A stretch of DNA of 64,000 bases from Selaginella moellendorffii (taxonomy: Eukaryota; Plantae; Lycopodiophyta). Each line of letters opens with the position of its first letter. Within the stretch, counting starts at the first letter, position 1. The DNA is taken from contig NW_003314293.1 of the NCBI RefSeq assembly GCF_000143415.4, forward strand, positions 461,724 to 525,723, read 5' to 3'. The translations under genes were made by a program, and so were the position numbers. Shown piece by piece: positions 38,282 through 50,510 of the stretch. The notes beneath the pieces were generated by a model. It was not told the origin of the DNA and did not search any database. It saw only the letters and a list, made by a program, of their open reading frames with translations.

Positions 38282-41200
38282 ATGGCCTTCAGGGTTGGGG
38301 AAAAGGTTTACATTTTGAATGGTGGGAAGAGAGTTGCAAAAGGGACCCTTGTGTTTATGGATCGGAACTTTGTTATACACTGTCAAAGGCTTGGGGAAGG
38401 CAATGCTGCTGTATCAGTAGAGACTGTCTTCGATGGGAATGTGGTCGCTATTGAACGAGGAGAGATGGTCGTCGGGGTAAATGTTGTTGTTGCCTTGAAA
38501 AATCTTCAGAAGAAAGCAGATGTTGGGGACAGCGCAAGTGCGACGCATGTTCCCTCCGTGGATCTTAAGAACCGTGCTACATGGATTCAGGCAAAGGTGT
38601 TTCTAAACAACCCCGAGGGGGAGGTGGTAGCTGAGGGCTTAGCCACAGTTGTCGATCCAAGAGATGCGGTTGCTAATCAAGAATTGGGCTGGGATGATAT
38701 TGGAGTTGCAATTTTAGAGGTTGTTGACACAGAAGAAAACAGTCTGACTATTGAAAGCATTGTGCGGTGGAAATTGAGGCATTTAGTGTTTGAGAATGTG
38801 AAGGATTCACAATCAAACACCACTACAACTGATGACAGAACATCTCTTCATGGGAAAAGAAAGTACACCTTCCTACAGCGCAGCCAAAGGGATCTGAGCA
38901 ACGAACCGAAAAGGCAGAAAATGGCGATGGAGGTTCGAATGGTCTCGACAGTTGCTTGTTGCAAGAGGAGGTGCTATCAACATGCTGATTGGGATGCTAT
39001 TGAAGAGGAGAGAGCAAGATACAAGACATTGTCCTGGAAGGCAGCTCGCAATTTTGTGTATGAGGCATTACGGTCATCTGTTGATGCTTCAGAACATCAG
39101 GTGGGGGGCATGGTCTTCCAGAGGGGTTTGGTCTGCATGAAGGCATGGAGAATCATTTATGGAGTCCCTCGAACCACATTCTACAGAATCAAAACTGAGT
39201 TCGAGGAACAAAGGGTTCAACAGGCAGTCCATGGGAACGACGGTACGCACAAAACCAGGGGTCATGTTGTATATGGAGAGGCAATCTTCAAGAGGTTTGT
39301 CGAGACATGTAGCGAGCAGCAACCACATAAAACCCGCCTCTTGGAAGATGGAACACGAGACACCCAACGAGTTCTCCCTTCCATGTATACCAAGGGGGCC
39401 ATATTGGAAGATGTGAATCGGGAACTCCAGAGTAATGGCTACAGGAAGCTGAGCCAATCTAGATTTAGTAGATTGTGGAGCAACAGGTTCAGGGATGTGA
39501 GTATAGGAAAGTACTCCAGCTTTTCAAAGTGTGACGAGTGCACTGCTATCAAAATGGCTTTGTCGAAGAATTCTTGCAGCGCTCAAGAGCGAGAGACGTT
39601 GGTTAGAAGGCGGCTCGACCACAACATCGAGCAGAGAAGCTGCAGGACTGCATATTATCATAACAGGATTCTCTCCATGGAGAGACCTGACTCTTACCTC
39701 TGCATCATCCACGACAAAATGGATCAGAAAAAGACGTGCTTACCTCGACTCAATCCTGCCCCCAAGGCAATCTCTTCATCCATGCAGCTGCCTGTGTCTC
39801 TGTTTGGCATAATCGCTCATGGGCATGGTGCCCAGAACTATGGGAACTTCTTTGTACCTCTATGGGGTGGGGGGGGTGCAAACATGATGATTGCGTCCTT
39901 AGCAAAACACTTAAGGTCTCTGCAAAGTGCGCAGACTGAGCTGAACGGCCAACCCTTGCATAAGGCCCTTGTCGATCGAACCCCATACAGGGTTCAGCTG
40001 GAGGAGGAGCAAAGGCTTGCAGTATCGCGTGGGGCCCCATGCCATCCCAGTGAATATGTTGGCCGTCAGATTGTAGGGTTATCACGTGAGGCCTCATGCC
40101 ATTACGACGAGGCTGGTCGCCCGGTGAATGCACAGCCTCATCCAAACGAAGCAGAATCTCAAGGAAGTTCTTGCGGCCGATGTGGCCTTCCACCCCATCT
40201 TCTGCTCCAAACAGACAATGCTGGCAGTGAGAACAAAAACATGTACGTCTTCGCGTACTTGGCGATGCTTGTTGCCAAAGGCATATTTGAAACGGTTACA
40301 CTTGGCTTTCTCATGGTTGGGCACACTCATGAAGACGTCGATGCCATGTTCAGTCACCTGGCAGAGTCCCTCCGGCGATCCAATGTCCTCACCCTCCCAC
40401 AACTCTACGATGAATTCCAAAATTGCATCAAAGGCACTGTTGAAGCTGCACTTGTGACAGAGGTTCCAGACTTTAAGGGGTTTGTAAGAGGCTACATCAG
40501 GGACGGATCCAAAACGCTGATTGGCCACTCCAAGCCTCTTCAGTTTCATTTCAGCATGCGTGACGGTGCTCCAGTGATGAGGTACAAGATGAGAGAATGG
40601 GACACAGTGTGGCTGCCAGTGGACGGCATTGAACTCTTCAAGAGAGATCCCATAACTGGGGAACCTATGATTCCTCAGGGTTCCCCACGGCCGATGCACC
40701 CGGATGGACTCAAAGACCAGGAAAGTATAGTGGCCGGGATTAGACAGCATATTGCCTTCTGGAAGAGGGGGTTGGTGTTTGGTGGAGAATCCTATTTTAA
40801 GAGGTGCAAGCCTTTGCTCGAATACTGGGAGAAGATTATATCTGCTATCCAAAATGGGCCGGTTGTATATGAAGAATTGGAAGAGTCCTTTTGGCCAGAA
40901 CCCAGAGCACCAGATAGTAGCGGAACAATGTCCTCTGGAAATGCAGTGACAGATAACGATGTTGAGGATCACTATTGTGGGCCGAGGAACAAGAAGCCGG
41001 ATTCAGCATTCAATCCAGTACAAGTCTGCAAAGGAATGGTCGTGCTTGTCAGACCCAGTAATAAAAAACAAATGATATGGGTGGGGCGCTGCATCACTGA
41101 TGCAGAGGAGGATGCGGAAACTAACTCCTTCAATATAACTGTGGAGTGGTTCAAGCCAAGTTCCGGATATACGAAGGATTGCCTAGAAAAGAGATGGGTG

Positions 41201-41423
41201 CTGAATCCAAGGGATCCCAGCATGAGCATATCGGTGGATAATGTTGTGCATGGTTGGATGCGGAAGCAGAGTGCCACCATCACCTTGCCAGACCATACAA
41301 GAGATGCAGCAAGAGCATTCATAACCCGGGTTCAAGGTGAGATTCATTAATATTCCTTTACTAAGTTTCTAATGTATTTTATTTCAAGGTGAACAATCCG
41401 AATCTGAATCAGAGGAGGCGTGA
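38282..41423 (+). CDS. Sola-like (DUF7869-type) DDD transposase, intact; probable terminal intron 41337-41388
   Basis: 1022-aa ORF with IIHDKMDQKK, LQTDNAGSENKN, FLMVGHTHEDVDAMFS and Cys clusters CCKRRC/KCDEC; splicing adds the tail GEQSESESEEA*. Confidence 0.85.
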
Positions 41424-42015
41424 TGGCATGTGGCCCTTTGCACTAGTATATCTTAATACCGGTCTGAGAAATAGAATGGCATGTGCCCTCAGGCCTTTTA
41501 CTAACTCACCTTTGAAAGAAATGCAAGCCTCTATGTCGTAAAAAAAAGGTACTAGAGAAATTCCTTAATAATATGAATGTTATTTAGTTTCATGAAAATA
41601 CACTAAGGGTCAAATGAGTTAAATGACTTCTCCAGACTAGCAATGCCTCTTGCTACACCTTCACAATTAGATTCGTTAGAAAAAGATAACATTGAATAAT
41701 ATCTAAATGTTCTCACCATTAAGTTATATGTCTGGCTAATAGGAATGACGTTCATCTTGGAAAGCTCACCACACGCTCAATGAACAAACAAATAGTGTGT
41801 GCGCGCATGCCATCGCTCTTCTTTAGCTTCAGATTCGGCTTGTTCACCTTGACAATGAGATTTTTTATACAACCAGATGGACTCAGTCTGGACACAAAGT
41901 CACCGCGCTAGTCACCATGCCCCAGATATGTCTAGCCCCTGGACAAAAAACATATAATTTCACGTCATTTTCAAATACTTGAAAATTTGTACCTAGTCCC
42001 ATTTTACTGAATAAA

Positions 42016-42039
42016 TCCCACTTTAACGAAATAGAGCTT
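42016..42039 (-). repeat. Right terminal inverted repeat
   Basis: Inverted match to 28760-28783; same end as 6445-6468. Confidence 0.9.
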
Positions 42040-43955
42040 TACTTGTATTGTCATCAATGATTGCTTGTGGAACTTTGTTCTTTCCTATTGTGATTAGGAT
42101 GTATGGAACATTTTCATTGAAGTCACCAAGTTGGATGTTGGTCTTATAAGATGAAAAGTTGTTAGCCTTTTTTCTTGACTTGATCTGAATTTGCTAATGG
42201 CAATGCTTGACATATCTTGAGAAGTTGTTTTCTCAAGTAGGGAGTGACCTGTAAAAGCTCTTAGAGGGTGAGTGTGATATTTTGTTAAAGAATGTTGATG
42301 ATGAGCTCTAGTTGTTCTTCTTTTCTTGATAGATTCTATATCACAATTTCCTAATCATTTTCAATTTTAAGTTGTTGTTGAAAGTTTTGTTAGATTGTGT
42401 CAAGTAGTTTTTTGCTTTGTTGCTATTTGTGTCTTGAGATTTCTTGTACTTCGTGTTAGAGCTGTTGTTATTCAATTTCTTTGTCAAGGTTGTCTTCAAG
42501 ATTGTAGTGTTCTTTTTTACTTTGAGCTAGAGCTTGTATCTCAGGTTCATTTTCACAGTGTTCATCTTGGACTAATTCAATATTATATATGTCTTCAATT
42601 TTATTAATTTTGCTAATGAGGTTGATTTCCTTGATTTTGTTGTTGCTGATAGTAAGATCAAAATTCTTAAGTTTGAAGTTGTTATTGATAGTTGTTACAA
42701 GGGACTGCTCAGGGTGGTGGATCATATTGTTGATTTTGCTAGTGGTAGTTTGGTTGGTGAGGAGGTGATCTCCATTGTCGATTGTTTTGGTACAGTTGCT
42801 AATAGTTGTTTTATTAAGGAAGTAGTCTTTGCTGTTAGTTGTCACGATAAGGCTACTGATAAGCCTGTTAATATGGTTGCTGATACTAATCATTTTGGTA
42901 ACCGTCATTGTATTGTTGATGGTATCTCAGGTTAGGATTATACATATATTGATTTTGGTAGTTCGATTGCCACTGTTGTTGTTTTTGTCGAGGTTGATTA
43001 TACTGTCTTCTAGTTTAAGTAGGAGTTCAAGGTGTGTTCTTGATTCAAGTGACTTCAGTTGTTCCTTGGTATCAATAGATGTTTTTTGTGTGTTATTTAA
43101 ATCTTTGGGTGTATTTTTTGATTTTTTTTAACTACTTTGTTTGATGCTCTTGAGTGTTGTAGGTGTTCAGTTGTTGTGCTGCTAGGTTGATATTTGTCTT
43201 TAAATCTTTGAATCTTTTCTTTGTAATCAAGTTTCTCTTCAAGGTTGTAGTACCATTCAAGTGCTTTGCCTTTGAGTGTAAAAGAAAAGAAAAGTGTTTT
43301 GTCTGCTTGTTGCTAGTTTACTTTGATAATAAAGTTGAATTGTTAGAGCTTTCTACATCTTTGGTTTTACTTCCAGTGAAAATAGGGTAGATGATTATAT
43401 TGCCATACGGTGTTTTTGGGTTGATGAGGGCCATGTCTTCTATGATACTTGGAATTTATTTTTTTTGTGATGGTGGATGCAATTGATAGTTGGTGGTGTA
43501 GCCTAGGATTTATTGCATGGATTTATTGTTGTTGCCTTTGATTTGTTGTGTTTTTTCTGGGAAATATTATGTAGTTATATAGACTAACATGATCTTGTGT
43601 GTTTGTATTTGTGTTACTATGTTTAGCTCGGTATAATTGATCAGTCGTCAACAAGATTATTACGTATCAACTTTGGAATTATACAAGAGTGTATACTATA
43701 GCTACTCTTCCCTTTGCAAGTCTTTATTGTGTTAAGTTGTTGTAAAGTAATTGTGGCCTACCTCTAATTGTGTTGTATAAAATTTTACGTATCCTCACTA
43801 TGTGCATCTGCATTGTCCAATCGATATTGATATTCGAAAAGTCTGAGTTGAGCAATGATTGTATTCGAAGTGTTATTATCCTTGAGATTGTTGTTGAAAC
43901 AAGTTTCTAAATTCTTGATTATTTTATTCTTCTATCTTAGATCACTAAAGGTATA

Positions 43956-45155
43956 TGTACATTACCCTAGTCCCAAAGGGATCAAAACAACATTAAAAGC
44001 GCACTCTCAGAGAAACTAGTGAAATTACGAGCACGAACTCCCGGTACTGCTCTTGGGCCGCCCGCCTCCCAAGTGACTCCATCGTGAAGCTTGAAGCCAC
44101 CTACTACGCTCCATAGTCAGCACAACTTGCAATAGAGTGCTCCACCACCAACGTGCCTCCAGTGCCAAAACAGCGTTCGAACGCAATAGTACTCCAACTC
44201 GTAGTTTTATGCGAGGTGTGATCATCCTCCAACTCAAGGCTAGAGTGTGCTACCTTGCCTCCCACACGAAACAAATGTGCTAGTTCATCTTCAAATGAGT
44301 CCTAGCCCTACAATAGGGACTAGGAAAGGGCACGAACCTCTTCCTAAGGGAGTGAACTCCAAAGCAAGCGTTGGAGAAGAGATGTATGGATCCCCCATGT
44401 GTGTGCTGCCGAATCGACTTCGTTGGCCATTGGTCCCAATTGTGGCAATAGTCCCTGCCACTGGATTCAAAAACCCTCCCTTCCTGATCGTCCTTAAAGC
44501 GAGACACCATGCATAGTCTTCCAAAGAGAATCTAGAAAGTTGGGAACTTTTTCAAGTCCCAATTGCTCCAAGTCACCTCTAAAGTGACATCTAGCTCCAC
44601 CAATCCTTGATCGCTACTGTCGTCGTTATGCGTCAAGGCAAGCAAGATCACATAGATCTTGGCAAAGAGCTCCATTTCTAGAGCTTTTGCAACTGTCCGT
44701 CCACCATCAAGATGCCTTAAGAGCCTCTTAAGACTGTAGCGACCCACCACTGCCAGCCTTAGAAGTCCTAGCTGCAAAGGAACCCTAGCCCTAGAACAAT
44801 GTGACCAGCAGAAACCCTAGCTGCCAAGAACCCTAACCCTAGCTACCGCCCAAGAACCCTAATTCCAGGGTGCGAGCTAGGGTTGTCCAGATCTCCTGGA
44901 TCCCAGATTTGAATGAAACGCCGCTACTAGGAGTGCTTCTCACCACTCCCTAGATGCCAGCTGAGTTGAAACGAGAAAAAGAGCAAAAACCAAGCCGTGA
45001 GAGAGAAAAGAACAAAAAAAGAACCTATCCTTTGCCATAGCCGCTCCGGCGAAGTGAGTGGAGGACTAGTGAAGCTAGCGACGTCCCTCTTCCTCACCTC
45101 AATCACTCCCACAACTCAATTTCCCCCTAGAACCGAAAGCCCTAAATCGTGAAAG
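43956..45155. mobile_element. Unclassified GC-richer non-coding insertion (solo-LTR-like)
   Basis: Sharp composition shift against AT-rich flanks; aaccctag repeats; no convincing TSD. Confidence 0.35.
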
Positions 45156-46199
45156 CTTTTCTATCTTGGATTGTAGTCCATGCATCAAGATATGAATTCC
45201 AGTAGATTTTTTTATGTAATAATTGCAATGTTTGGGGGTGTATCCAGCATTCTTTTGCCCAAGTTCCTCCTTGTATTTCTTCATTTTATAATTCATGTAT
45301 GGTTGTGCCAACTATTGTAATGTATTTGTTGAAGAATTGTCATCTAATGATTTCTTTGATTTGTTGTAGTAAAAAGGTTGGAAGTTTTTCATAGATTCAT
45401 TGTACTTCATATTGATTGTAGTGTTGTTTTTCTTCTCTTTGGCAAATATTTTCTTATTTAGGTAGATATTGGAGATTTAAGAAAGTTTGAGGATGATTTT
45501 CTATGTGTAAAGTTTGGTTTTGTCTTAGTTTCCTACAAACTTCTCACAATAGATGATGATTCCAAAGTGGATTGGTGTGTGTGTTTATTTTCTTTGTTGA
45601 TGGTAGGCTTTGTTGAAGATTCTTCTTGAATCTCAAGAGGTAGATTTTTAGTGCCCTCAGGAATTTTTTTGTATTCTGCATTCAAAGGCGAGAAATATCA
45701 CGATTGTGATTTCTTTGATTTTTGCATCTTTTTTTTCAAATTCTATTGTGTTGTTGTCCTTGGTGGTCTTGTATTTCTTGTGTGAAGCTTTGATGATTTC
45801 TTGAATTTTTTTTGGGATTATTTTGATGATAATTGTGCTTTGGTTTTGTAGTCTAGTTATAGAAATTTTAGTGATAAGTTAAATTGGTGTTCTTATAGCT
45901 ATGTCAACAAGCTAAATTTGTTTGTGGATTCGAGAGTTGGTATTTTCTACATTGGTCTGAGTGATTATGATTGGAATTTTAGTGCTTCAAACTGAATCTT
46001 GAAGTTGAGCTCTTCGAGTTTGTATATAATCTTGAATTTGAAGTTGTTTTTGATCTTATTGACATCACAGTTGTCCTAGAATTCATATTCTTTGTCCCTC
46101 TACTTTTACCTCTACTTCCATTACTTTTATCTCCTCATTACTTCCCCCTACATTTCCGTCTTATTTCACTCTTCCCTTTTCCAATCCCTCTGACAGTCT

Positions 46200-49100
46200 T
46201 TATGGTGTAGCGGTTGACTGGCTCATAAAAGAGTGTGCCAATCTCTTTGAATTTGATCTTTTGTCTAGGGCCAAGATTGCTACACGTCATTCGATTCCAA
46301 CCAAGGATGCTTGTCCAATCAAGGTTCTTATTCATCGTCAGTCCCCCAAAAAGATCAAGATTTTATGTGTAAATATCAAGAAGATGTTGGAAAAGGGTGT
46401 TATTCGAAAGTCACAGAGTCCTTGGGTATGTGAACCTTATTTTATGATAAAGCCTGATGGGAGTATTCATTTTTACATTAATTATTATCCATTAAACAAA
46501 GTGATGATCCTATATATGTTCCCTCTTCCTCACACTACTAATCTCTTGGATCATTTGGGGAGAAATTGTTGGTTCACCAAGTTAGATCTTGCTTTTGGGC
46601 GTTGGTAAGTATCGATGGCCAAAAAAGATATTCTTAAGATTGCTTTTTGTATACCATTTGATTTATATGAATTCTTGGTGATGCCGTTTGATTTGAACAA
46701 TGCTCAGCAAATGATGGACAAAGTTCTTTATAATATGCCGAAGGTGATTGTTGATTTCATGGATAATGTTTTCATCCACTCGGAGGGGATGTGGGAGAAA
46801 TATGTCTGTGATGTTTATAAAGAGTTGGATCAACTACGGGACATTTGTTTAAAGCTGAAGCAATCAAAGTGCATGTTTGAGTCTAAGGACACAACTTATC
46901 TTGGGTACTGTATTTCTCATGAGGGTTTACAAGTTGATCTTGACAAGTTTGTGGCTATTCTAAAGTTCTTTATTCCGAAGTGTGTGAATGATGTGCAATG
47001 CTTCTTGGGCAAGGTGTAATATCTCAGTTATTTTGTGGATCATTTTTCTGATCATACTACACCATTGCAAGCATTGCTGAAGTCATTAACGTCATCTTTT
47101 ATTTGGTCTCTGATTATGAGCGGGTGTTCATGAATCCCAAAGAGTTATTGACGACTCCTCCGATTTTGGCATATCTTGACTACACTTGACCTTTTATTTT
47201 GCACATGGATGCTTTTGACATTTATCTTGGAGGTGTGTTGATGCAAGAAAGTTCAAGTGTGCCTGGTCAATGCCATCCCATTGTGTATATAAAACAAGGT
47301 GTTGGATTAATTGCGGGAAATTGATTTAAAGCTGAAGTAGTTGAAGTGCATATTTGGGTCCAAGGACACAATTTATCTTGGGTACTGTATTTCTCGTGAG
47401 GGTTTACAAGTTGATTATGACAAACTTATAGCTATTCTAAAGTTTCCTACTTCGAAGTGTGTGAATGATGTATAGTACTTCTTGGGCAAAGTGTAGTATC
47501 TTGGTCATTTTATGAATCATCTTTTTGATTGCACTGCACTGTGTGTGTTTTGATTGCGAGTGTTGCTAAAGTCATCAATATCGTCTTTCATTTGGTTTGC
47601 AAACTGTGAGTGGGGGTTTATGGATCTTAAAGAGTTATTAACAACTCCTCCAATTTTAGCATATCCTAACTATACTTGATCTTTCATTTTGTACATGGAT
47701 GCTTTTAATATTGGTTTTGGAGGTGTGTTGATGTAAGAAAGCTTGAGTGTGCCTAGTCAGCACCATCCCATTACATACATCAGCTGTACATTACAACTGG
47801 CGGAAATGAACTACTCTACAACAAAGAAGGAGTGTTTAGCATCAGTCTGGGGTTTCGAGAAACTTCATGCATATTTACATAGCTCTCAAACATTACTAGA
47901 AAGTGATCATATTGCTACTACTTCATTATTGAAGTGGAAGAACCTAGTTGGTCATACTACTCAATGGGCTTTGAAGCTTAAAATATATGATTTTGATGTT
48001 GTTCATTGTCGAGGGAGTTTAATGACTGATGCTAATGCCCTTTCTCGAACTCCTCTTCCTTCTTCACTATCTTCTCATGTTTCTAACAAGCCTGTTATTC
48101 CAGCATCTGTGAATTTTTTAGACAAGGATTTTGTGCCATCAATGATTGATGTACTTGACATTCAGTGTCCACAAGGTACAGAGCAAGATCTATCTTCTCT
48201 TGATGAGGTTTGTGAACCTCAAAAGATTAAACTGTGGATTTGAAGGCTTCAAGAAGGGTTTGAGAATCTTGCATCACTTGTTGATAACTTACCATTCTAG
48301 CATTTACATTTTCAATATCGCTTTAAAGATGGCTTTTTTTATTTTATGGGGATGGATCCTGATTATCATTTACGGCTGGTGGTGCCCTCATCTTTATTCC
48401 ATGGATTCTCCATGCCTACTATGATTCTTTTATTCTAGGTGGGCATATAGGACATTGTCGTGTGACTGAGAAGCTACACAAGTCTTTCTATTGGCCGGAG
48501 ATGTGACGTAATGTTATCTGGTATGTACATACTTATGTTTGGTGCCAAACTTGTAATACCCCTCTGCCCCCTGTGCTACAGAAAGATAGTTGGAGTCAAT
48601 TGTAATTTCCTATCCATTTGAGTTGGTGGCATTTGATCTTATGGGACCTTTTCCATGATCAACTGCTGGCAATGAGTATATTATTATTGCTTCTGATTAC
48701 TTGACTCGTTGGGTGGAAGTTGGTGCTCTTGCTAGCACCTCTGCAACTACTATTGGATACTTCCTCCTCAATTAAATGGTGTTCCAACATTCTTGTCCAG
48801 AATGGATTCTTTTAAATAATGGTCCTATATTTATGGTTGAAGCATTTCATGTTTTGACATCTCAGTTAGGGATATGCCACACTTTCATAACTGCTTATCA
48901 TCCACAATTGGATGATTTGGTAGAACGGCTCGTTCGGACATTTAAAGGGATGATTGTGAAGTATGTGAAGTTTCAGCATTTGGATTGGGATGGTTATTTG
49001 CCATCTTTTCGGTATGCATATGTCAGAAGGGTATAGAGTTCTATTGGTGTTTCACCATAAAAACTCCTATATAGTCATGATCCAATATTACCAATGGAGT

Positions 49101-49790
49101 TGGGTTTACCTTTATGACTGTTACGAGTTGCCAATACTAGGTTATGGGATCAATATTTGACGAGCATTCTTCCACTTGTCAGAGTAGAGTCTACCAAACA
49201 CCTAAGCCATGTACAAGTGGGACAACAATGGCGCTACAAATCTCATCATCATCCACTTATAAAGTATAAAGTGGATAACTTAGTGTTAGTCCATTTTCCC
49301 CATCTTACGGTATATGATTTATCTAATAAGCTTTTTACTCAGTGGAAAAGATCGTATAAAGTGTTGTAGAAAGTTGAACCACAAGTTTATGAGGTTTGGC
49401 ATGACATCCAACAGGCTAATTTTCCAGAAACTATACATGTGCAATGGTTGAAACACTTTCTACAAAGGGATCAAGAGCAACTGATACCACCTACAGATCC
49501 ACTAATGTTTTTGCCTAATGTTCTACCAGATCTTGGCCCATCTACAAGGAGATCCTAATGGTCTTCCATTATTCTGAGAGAAAGGGATGATGTGAGGTCT
49601 AAGTGTACAGCTACGCCATATACTAGTATTAGTATAGTCCATATACTAATATTAGTATAGTGGGATTTTGGTAGCTGTTGGATTAGTTTCAATCCAGACT
49701 ACTTGTTCTTGTATATAAGCTAAGATTTTTGGGCTAATTGATATGCATATTTTTTGTATTCCCTTTCCATATTCCATGCACTCACAAAAG
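46200..49790 (+). mobile_element. Degenerate Ty3/Gypsy pol (RT-RH-IN), PPT and probable 3' LTR
   Basis: SQSPW, FTKLDLAFG, FMDNVFIHS, NYSTTKKECLA, AYHPQLD; PPT gagagaaagggatga then TG at 49591; ~46840-47290 duplicated at ~47315-47775. Confidence 0.85.
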
Positions 49791-50289
49791 TAATATAGTT
49801 AACTAATTTAATAAAATTGAAGTATAACTATAATATTACAAATTTCTTGAAAAAATTGATGGAAAAACTTGAAAACCTAGAGAAGCTAAAAATATATAAA
49901 AATAAAATGTTAGTTATCTCTCATACTATATGGGTTTATGGGTTTTTAAATATATCTAAAAACAATTGTGTAAAGGACACTAACTTGATAGAGTCCTAGA
50001 AGAAGAGAAGTTGATGTGATATTTGCTATTCAATCCCAATGATTTTAGTCAAGATCACCTTAGTCAATCCACTTGCTCATAGAAGTCTTGGCCAATTTTC
50101 TCTTTGGTGTCAATACAAGCACCACAAATGTACAAAGAAGTCATTAATAACATTGAGGCCAAAATTTGGTAGAAAGTCAAGCTCAATTCCCATAAAAATA
50201 ATATGACCTTTGAGCTCACTTTGCCACAGTCTGACAAGAAGTGATTGGTGGATATTCAAACATGTACTTGATTGATAAGGTAAAGTTAA

Positions 50290-50510
50290 GTGTTATTAAT
50301 ATAGGTACATGGCTAAAGGTTTCTTACTGATTTTAGATGTCAACTTCCAAGAAACATTTTCCCTTGTAGTCAGGGCCACAAGCATATATAACTGTTGCAG
50401 CTTAGTTTAACCTTCACATCTATCATATGAACATGAAAATAGCTTTTCTGAATTCACCATTGGCATTGGACAAGGAATTATACAAGAGATAGCCATCAAG
50501 ATTCCAAGTG
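50290..50510 (+). pseudogene. Ty1/Copia RT remnant
   Basis: AKGF...FQETFSLVVR...HMNMKIAFLN. Confidence 0.6.

Larger units (their letters stand above)
28760..42039 (+). mobile_element. Sola-like DDD DNA transposon, copy 2, complete, 13,280 bp
   Basis: TIRs AAGCTTTATTTCGTTAAAGTGGGA / TCCCACTTTAACGAAATAGAGCTT (1 mismatch); 4-bp TSD TACT (28756-59, 42040-43); removing it restores the host Gypsy protease frame. Confidence 0.92.
2560..43450 (-). mobile_element. Old degenerate Ty3/Gypsy element that hosts the nest (IN ~3150-4150, RH ~5290-5780, RT ~27190-28100, PR split at 28759/42040, gag ~42.1-43.4 kb)
   Basis: Decayed motifs: YYPQGN (IN), WLSPLVIVP and MDNFSVFS (RT), AIIDDNTS/INII (protease, rejoined across the Sola insertion). 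The reading continues across 5780/27190. Outer limits are approximate. Confidence 0.7.

Noticed and set aside
40094-40972. 292-aa antisense ORF (and 7615-8496)
   Set aside because: Shadow of the transposase on the opposite strand with no motifs; its presence in both copies reflects their recent common origin
28850-41500. CRISPR-like reading of the repeated palindrome
   Set aside because: Spacing is irregular, there are no uniform spacers or cas genes, and the context is eukaryotic
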